Part shown: one piece after another, positions 47,376 through 52,777 of the stretch
Position numbering within the stretch: position 1 is the first letter of the stretch
How the letters are laid out: every line of letters begins with the position of its first letter
DNA from: a virus
Lineage: Duplodnaviria > Caudoviricetes
Strand: one strand, 5' to 3'
Virus record (IMG/VR): IMGVR_UViG_3300021960_000095
Location: 1 to 52,777 of that record
DNA length: 52,777 nt
The notes under the pieces: model-generated
What the model was told of the DNA's origin: nothing
Database searches by the model: none
What the model saw: the letters and a program-made list of their open reading frames with translations, nothing else
Translations under genes and position numbers: made by a program

Positions 47376-47559
47376 CGATGTTTACAATATTCTTAGAGTT
47401 GAAGAAGAAGATATTTATTACAAAGTATATTTTGAAGTTTGGGATGATGGTATGAACAATGGAGAAACAATGTGGATGACATCAAATGATTTTGATAGTC
47501 CTTTAGGCGCTTTAGTAGAAGAATTTGTAAATAATGGAGGGGAGATAACCAGTGGCTGA
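47365..47559 (+). CDS. small acidic protein
   Basis: ATG 47365 with GGAG; ends FVNNGGEI, similar to the end of 37534. Confidence 0.55.
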   Translation: MSSSDVYNILRVEEEDIYYKVYFEVWDDGMNNGETMWMTSNDFDSPLGALVEEFVNNGGEITSG

Positions 47560-47821
47560 AAATAATGACATTTACAGAGAAGAGCATCAAAAACCAATTA
47601 CTTGGGATGATATGGCTGTTTCTGATGAAGTATTCCAAGAAAGAATATCTATCTGTAACAGTTGTGAATTTTGGGTAGAAAATGAAATTGGTATTGGTTA
47701 TGACTTTGAAACAGAAGAGTATGAGTCATATGATACAGTTATGCAATGTAGTAAATGTAACTGTGATATGAATATAAAAGCACTTCACATTAATACTAAA
47801 TGTCCGATAGATAAGTGGTGA
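47552..47821 (+). CDS. Cys-rich small protein (DUF6171-like)
   Basis: ERISICNSC...QCSKCNC.M.IK...KCPIDKW. Confidence 0.7.
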   Translation: MAENNDIYREEHQKPITWDDMAVSDEVFQERISICNSCEFWVENEIGIGYDFETEEYESYDTVMQCSKCNCDMNIKALHINTKCPIDKW

Positions 47822-47824
47822 GTT

Positions 47825-48511
47825 GTGTCTTTAGGAGTTGCTAGACCAGTTATTTTAGGAGACGTAAGAGCTTCTTCTTATTATCCTAGATTAGACAGTG
47901 GTGCTTTACCTAGACATCTTTATGTTCCCGAGTCATACAACGATGGTACAAATGTTTGGGAAGATTTTATGGGTAATGGCAATTCTACTGCTACAAGGGG
48001 GAATCCTAGTTATGTAAGTAGAAGTGCTGGTAATGGAGCACAGATAGAAGAATGTGTTCAAGGCGGAACTGGAGATGGTCTCAGATTTATAGGAAGACTA
48101 CAAACGAACACAAATTACACATTCTTTCACATAGCAAGATATAACGGTACTGAGGGAAGAATTTTTAATGGACTTAATACTAACTGGCTTTCTGGATTCT
48201 GGAATGCTAGAACTCCAGTAGCTTATCATAATGGTTGGCTTACTGACCAATCTGATAGAGCAGGAACAAACTGGGTAGTATCTGCTGACCAATACAACTA
48301 TTACAGGGGCTGGTGGGGTGCTTCATCAAATTATGGAGGCACTGGCGGCGGTAGTCAATCAATAAGTATAAGTTTAAATTATGGAGATAACATTGGCGAA
48401 TTTAGTGATTGGCAATGTTATATGATACTTTATTACAACACAGCTCTTAACTCAACAGAAAGACAAGTTGTTGTTGACCACTTAAGAAGCCTTGTTGGAT
48501 TAGGTCAATAA
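47825..48511 (+). CDS. LamG/concanavalin-like lectin domain protein
   Basis: W.D..GNG, YTFFHIARY, ILYYNTALNSTE. Confidence 0.65.
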   Translation: MSLGVARPVILGDVRASSYYPRLDSGALPRHLYVPESYNDGTNVWEDFMGNGNSTATRGNPSYVSRSAGNGAQIEECVQGGTGDGLRFIGRLQTNTNYTFFHIARYNGTEGRIFNGLNTNWLSGFWNARTPVAYHNGWLTDQSDRAGTNWVVSADQYNYYRGWWGASSNYGGTGGGSQSISISLNYGDNIGEFSDWQCYMILYYNTALNSTERQVVVDHLRSLVGLGQ

Positions 48512-48617
48512 AAAACTCATTTAGAAAATAAATATAAAAAAAACATTTAAAGAAAATACCCAAAAATTCGTGCGAGTGTATTAGACTTATATTATCCATT
48601 GAAATAGAGGAGAAATA

Positions 48618-48908
48618 ATGGCAGAGAATAATGAGGGAACTCCCGACGTAACAGTCGAAGATGTTATCCAAAAAAATAAAGAGTTAGCCACTGTTGCAGA
48701 AAATCTAAAAGCAGTACTAACTGAAATGCAAGACATCAATTCACAAAAAGAATTGAAAATTGCTGAATTGCAAGCAACTGTAAAAAGGTTTGGTGCAATT
48801 ATAGAGGCCTTTAAAGCTCAAGCAGCAGCACAAGGTCAAGAAGCATCAGTTATTGCTGAGGAAGAATCAGCAGAGGCAGGTGAAGAAGAGGTAGCTGAAG
48901 ATGAGTAA
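48618..48908 (+). CDS. coiled-coil hypothetical protein
   Basis: 96 aa; GAGGAG SD. Confidence 0.7.
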   Translation: MAENNEGTPDVTVEDVIQKNKELATVAENLKAVLTEMQDINSQKELKIAELQATVKRFGAIIEAFKAQAAAQGQEASVIAEEESAEAGEEEVAEDE

Positions 48909-49152
48909 TTTTCAGAATGAACTCAACAAAGCCGTCAATCCTCATCAAACTCGTTTGTTAAAAGCTGATAAGCTTATTGCAGACTTACGAGCTAAAGGTG
49001 AAAAAGACGAAGCAGACGCAATAGATGCCGCCTTATCTGATACAAATATTCCCGCATTTACAGTATTCAGAGCTCTTGAAAACAGCGGTTATAGTTTATC
49101 TTACAACGCTATACAGTCAGTAAGAAGACAGAGAGCTAATATTGCCTCGTAG
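48901..49152 (+). CDS. small hypothetical protein, possibly HTH-like
   Basis: ALSD..IP...V.RAL...GYSLS...I...RR pattern. Confidence 0.6.
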   Translation: MSNFQNELNKAVNPHQTRLLKADKLIADLRAKGEKDEADAIDAALSDTNIPAFTVFRALENSGYSLSYNAIQSVRRQRANIAS

Positions 49153-50386
49153 TAACTTCTCCAGTGAAGTAGAAAAGCTCCGAAAGTCTCGTAGAGACCA
49201 AGAAGATGCTCGTCGAGCTAAAGAAGAGCATCCCGATGGTTTCACGCCAGGCGTTCATTTAAAAAATGGTGTTGGAACTTTAACTACTAAGGGGAATAAG
49301 ACTAAGGTCGAATCAAACGACGAATGGTCTGCACACTTAGAATACTTTGGTTTTAATCCCGAAGAGTTCGAAGTAATTGACAATAAGATAGAATACCGAT
49401 GCTGGGAGGCACCAGTAGACGGTGGTAAGCAAATGATGCACTACTACAAAGTAGGTATTCGTTCCAAACAAGATACAAATGTAAGTTTTGATTTTGATTG
49501 GATTAAAAAGCTTATAACTAAAAAAATATCATTACCTAAGAAACAAAAAGCTTCACAAAGCTTCGTCTTGGCGTTAACTGACTGGCAAGTCGGAAAACAG
49601 GATGGAGACGGTGTAGAGGGAATAGTTCACAGGGTTAACGAAATGATTGGGCAAACTAAAGCACTTATTGAATTTAGAAAGAAAGGCGGGGCTAAGTATA
49701 ACCGCTTAATTCTTTGTGGACTTGGGGATATCGTCGAGGGCTGTGATGGCCATTACGCGATGCAAACCGCGTCCGTCGAAGTGAATCAGCGTGACCAAAT
49801 AACCATAGCTACAGGTCTAATTGTCAAAGTAGTAACTGAGTTGGCTCCTTTATTTCCATTTACCACTATTGCAGTGGTTGGCGGAAATCACGGAGAAAAT
49901 CGTAAGAACGGAAAAGCGTTTACGGATTTTGGAGACAACTTCGATAATTTAGCGTTTGACCAAGCAGAAAGAATTGTTTCGCAAAACAAAGAACTTGCAA
50001 AAAACATTTCTTGGAATATTGCAGATAAAGATTTAACGATGACTTTAGAAATCGAAAATCACATACTAGGAATAGCACACGGCCACCAATTTCGAACTGG
50101 GGGGACTAATCATCCAGCCAAAGCAGGAAACTGGTTAGCTAAACAAGCTTTAGCTAAAACAGCTGTAGGTGGATGTGACATTCTTTTATCTGCACATTTT
50201 CATCATCATTCAACAGAACACCAAAGAAATACTACTTTGGTACAAGCGCCAGCTTTGGATGGTGGTTCTTTATGGATAGAAAATTCTCACGCTTTAACAT
50301 CTAAAGCAGGTGTTCTTACATTTGTTATTGACAACAAATGGGGTTACACAGATGAGAAAGTTCTACACGGAACTACGGTGGAATGA
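49142..50386 (+). CDS. calcineurin-like metallophosphoesterase (Mre11-like nuclease of actinophages)
   Basis: DWQVGK, GDIVEG, GNHGE, HGH and HFHH motifs. Confidence 0.88.
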   Translation: MPRSNFSSEVEKLRKSRRDQEDARRAKEEHPDGFTPGVHLKNGVGTLTTKGNKTKVESNDEWSAHLEYFGFNPEEFEVIDNKIEYRCWEAPVDGGKQMMHYYKVGIRSKQDTNVSFDFDWIKKLITKKISLPKKQKASQSFVLALTDWQVGKQDGDGVEGIVHRVNEMIGQTKALIEFRKKGGAKYNRLILCGLGDIVEGCDGHYAMQTASVEVNQRDQITIATGLIVKVVTELAPLFPFTTIAVVGGNHGENRKNGKAFTDFGDNFDNLAFDQAERIVSQNKELAKNISWNIADKDLTMTLEIENHILGIAHGHQFRTGGTNHPAKAGNWLAKQALAKTAVGGCDILLSAHFHHHSTEHQRNTTLVQAPALDGGSLWIENSHALTSKAGVLTFVIDNKWGYTDEKVLHGTTVE

Positions 50387-51162
50387 AATACTTTTTAGTA
50401 GAAAATGAGAATAAACAAGCCAAGTTAAGAAAAAACGGCAAGTACGGTTGGTATTACCCAAAGCGTAAAAGAGAAATACAAGGAATTGTAATTCATACTG
50501 CTGAGGGTTCTCCAGCTAATGCTGTTGCAAGATATTTCACACATAACACTAGGCCAGCATCGGCTCACGTTGTTATAGATGAATCAGAAACTATTGAGCT
50601 GTTACCCGATGATTTTACAGCATTTCACGTTAGAGGACATAATTCTAGGACTCTAGGAGTAGAAATAGCTTATTGGGCGCATAAATGGGGTGAGAATCTT
50701 CAATTAGAAGACTTACTTCTTTACAATACAGCTAGATGGTGCAAGAAAAAAGTAGATGTATATAACATTCCTTTAGCGAAAGTTAGTACAGCAAACTGGA
50801 ATAAAGGCCAAAAAGGCTTCATTGCACACTCTGATTTAGACCCAAATAGAAGAACAGACCCAGGCGAAGAGTTTCCTTGGGATAGATTTCTTTCTTATGT
50901 GGATGGTGAAAAGCCCGAATTTAGAAGACAAGCTCCACCTTGGAGTGGAAGAGTCTTTAAGTTTGGAGTTCCTTTGATGAGAGGAGCAGATATAGCACAG
51001 TGGCAAGACGCCGCAGGTGGACTGGTTGCTGATGGTATATATGGTAAAATGAGTGTAGCTCGTTGTAAAGAGATACAAAGAGAAGTTGGTTTAATCCCCG
51101 ACGGGATAGTAGGACCACAAACGTGGTATTCTACTTTTCAACTTCCAAAGAGAGGAAACTAA
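50383..51162 (+). CDS. N-acetylmuramoyl-L-alanine amidase endolysin with peptidoglycan-binding domain
   Basis: IVIHTAE, SAH, GVEI, H......RTDPG; C-terminal DGIYG and DGIVGPQTW. Confidence 0.92.
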   Translation: MKYFLVENENKQAKLRKNGKYGWYYPKRKREIQGIVIHTAEGSPANAVARYFTHNTRPASAHVVIDESETIELLPDDFTAFHVRGHNSRTLGVEIAYWAHKWGENLQLEDLLLYNTARWCKKKVDVYNIPLAKVSTANWNKGQKGFIAHSDLDPNRRTDPGEEFPWDRFLSYVDGEKPEFRRQAPPWSGRVFKFGVPLMRGADIAQWQDAAGGLVADGIYGKMSVARCKEIQREVGLIPDGIVGPQTWYSTFQLPKRGN

Positions 51163-51737
51163 TGAAATTAGAAGTTCTTAGAATAAGCTCTCAGAACGAT
51201 AGCACTAGCGGTATTTTATTTGATGTTACAGATGGGAAACGTAAATTTCTTTGCTATACCCTCGAAGACGAATATCGTAGAGTTAAAGTAAAACACGAAA
51301 CAAGAATACCCGAGGGTACATATAAATTGACCCTTAGAAGCGAGGGTGGTTTTCATAAACGTTATCTTGAGAAATTTGGTTCAAATTTTCACAAAGGTAT
51401 GATTTATGTAAACAACGTACCGAATTTCGAGTGGATTCTTTGGCACCTGGGTAATTTTGAAAAAAATACCAGTGGTTGTTTACTTTTAGGAAATTCTCAA
51501 AATGAGAATATATCTGATAAAAAAGGTTACATCGGAGCGTCAACAGCGGCGTACAAGCGTGTATACCCTATCGTAAGAGATGCAATTTTAAGTGGTGAGG
51601 ATGTGTCAGTAACCTATGTGGACTTTGACCACGTAGAGGGAAAACCAACACCAAAAGTAAAGCCAACTAAGCCTTATAAGCCGTATGACAAAGAAAACAG
51701 TCAGAAGCTCATAAAGCGTATTGGCCGTTTAAAGTAA
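51162..51737 (+). CDS. DUF5675-like protein (putative peptidoglycan peptidase)
   Basis: CYTLED, TRIPEGTY, ILWHLGN...TSGCLLLG; ATG 51162 via TAATG. Confidence 0.75.
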   Translation: MKLEVLRISSQNDSTSGILFDVTDGKRKFLCYTLEDEYRRVKVKHETRIPEGTYKLTLRSEGGFHKRYLEKFGSNFHKGMIYVNNVPNFEWILWHLGNFEKNTSGCLLLGNSQNENISDKKGYIGASTAAYKRVYPIVRDAILSGEDVSVTYVDFDHVEGKPTPKVKPTKPYKPYDKENSQKLIKRIGRLK

Positions 51738-51745
51738 GGAGAAAT

Positions 51746-51958
51746 ATGCCAGATTATTGGCGAACAGCACTAATCAGAGCAGCTAGAACTGCAGCACAAA
51801 CTTTTGTGGCTGTAATAATGGCTAATCAAGCAGGAATGTTTGAAGCAGATGTATTGATGGCGGCAACAGTCGCTGGAGCTTCTGCTCTTGTCTCAGCAAT
51901 TCAGAATGCATTAGAAGATGCACCGTTTGAATTTATGAGTAAGATACCAAAAGGCTAA
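51746..51958 (+). CDS. holin (r1t-like)
   Basis: WRTALIRAARTAAQTFVA plus two hydrophobic segments. Confidence 0.8.
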   Translation: MPDYWRTALIRAARTAAQTFVAVIMANQAGMFEADVLMAATVAGASALVSAIQNALEDAPFEFMSKIPKG

Positions 51959-51993
51959 AAAAGTCCTTTTAATTAAAAGTACTATAATAAAAG

Positions 51994-52024
51994 AGGTGGG
52001 TTTGGAAACAGACCCGCCTTTTTT
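51994..52024 (+). terminator. intrinsic terminator
   Basis: AGGTGGGTTTG-GAAA-CAGACCCGCCT followed by a T run. Confidence 0.8.
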
Positions 52025-52039
52025 AATTAAGGAGCTCAA

Positions 52040-52300
52040 ATGGCCAAAAAGGTTATACAGGGATGGGCGCTTTATCTAAACATAATAAAAAGAATTGTTG
52101 CTGTATTTATAGCACAAGCACTATCAATATTAGGTGCTGGTTCTTTAGTAGGTATTGATGTATATCAATCTGCTTTACTTGCTGGAATAATGGGTGTAGC
52201 TCACGTTGTTGAGATGTTGGCTAGAAAATATATAGATGATGGAAAACTAGACTTAGACGAGGTAAATCAAGTATTTAACGCTGTACCTACTAGAAAGTAG
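52040..52300 (+). CDS. second holin-like membrane protein
   Basis: Two transmembrane segments; DDGKL..DE.N C-terminus; AAGGAG SD. Confidence 0.65.
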   Translation: MAKKVIQGWALYLNIIKRIVAVFIAQALSILGAGSLVGIDVYQSALLAGIMGVAHVVEMLARKYIDDGKLDLDEVNQVFNAVPTRK

Positions 52301-52302
52301 GA

Positions 52303-52777
52303 ATGCTTAAAAAACTCAATACATTTTGTAGACTATTAGTTGTAGGCCTACTTATATACCCTATGCCTATTGCTAGTGCTTATCACGTCCCAACACAAGC
52401 ACCTAGTAACTTAACCCTTACTGTTGACTATGAAAATGGTACAGTCAAAGCAGACTGGGACGCGTCAGACCAAATGGAAGATTACCCCGCTGAGCGTTAC
52501 GCTATTGGTTTTGGTTTAAGTGATGACGGAAGTATGCCATACGGAATCGCAACAGGTAATGTTGGCGATAGTAACGCACTCAATACTGAATATACATTTA
52601 CTGCTAGTTATTTAAATGCAGTTTTTAATGAAGCACACGGTTTATTTCACGTACAAATTAGGTCAGACAACGATACTAATGCAAGTTATTCTGATTGGAC
52701 ACCAACAGTAAGCGTTACAATACAAAATAAACCAGCAAAAGTTTCTAACCTAGCTAGCTCTATAGATGAGTCTGGCG
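52303..52777 (+). CDS. 3'-truncated exported FN3-like protein
   Basis: Signal peptide MLKKLNTFCRLLVVGLLIYPMPIASA, then APSNLT...W...Y...VQIRSDN...YSDWT; open to the window end. Confidence 0.7.
   Translation, partial: MLKKLNTFCRLLVVGLLIYPMPIASAYHVPTQAPSNLTLTVDYENGTVKADWDASDQMEDYPAERYAIGFGLSDDGSMPYGIATGNVGDSNALNTEYTFTASYLNAVFNEAHGLFHVQIRSDNDTNASYSDWTPTVSVTIQNKPAKVSNLASSIDESG

Noticed and set aside
1-52777. Alternative genetic code or stop-codon readthrough
   Set aside because: Genes are intact under the standard code, and TAA, TAG and TGA all end well-supported genes.

Overview
This window is a 52.8-kb segment of a low-GC (about one-third GC by eye) tailed dsDNA phage with siphovirus architecture. 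Gene order: late end of an early/replication block, a ~600-nt non-coding interval, terminase, portal, HK97-type protease, major capsid, head-tail genes split by a ~4.6-kb accessory island, tail tube, frameshifted tail chaperone and tape measure, ~25 kb of tail-tip/fibre/adhesin genes, an Mre11-like metallophosphoesterase, and a lysis cassette. Actinophage-like genes and several apparently leaderless promoters suggest a low-GC actinobacterial host such as marine Ca. Actinomarina (inference only). Main leads: (1) a promoter-driven ~420-nt multi-helix RNA of no class I recognise, next to a separate ~85-nt sRNA with an anti-SD-like linker; (2) a portal protein with a ~430-aa string of extra domains that begins at the same KATL sequence as the predicted capsid maturation site, suggesting a protease-released head-cargo polyprotein; (3) a TGAC-N12-GTCA operator-like motif in several promoters; (4) a modular fibre network with shared N-terminal peptides; (5) apparent avoidance of GATC, CCGG, CCTGA and GAAGG. 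All calls come from reading motifs by eye; no searches or folding programs were run.
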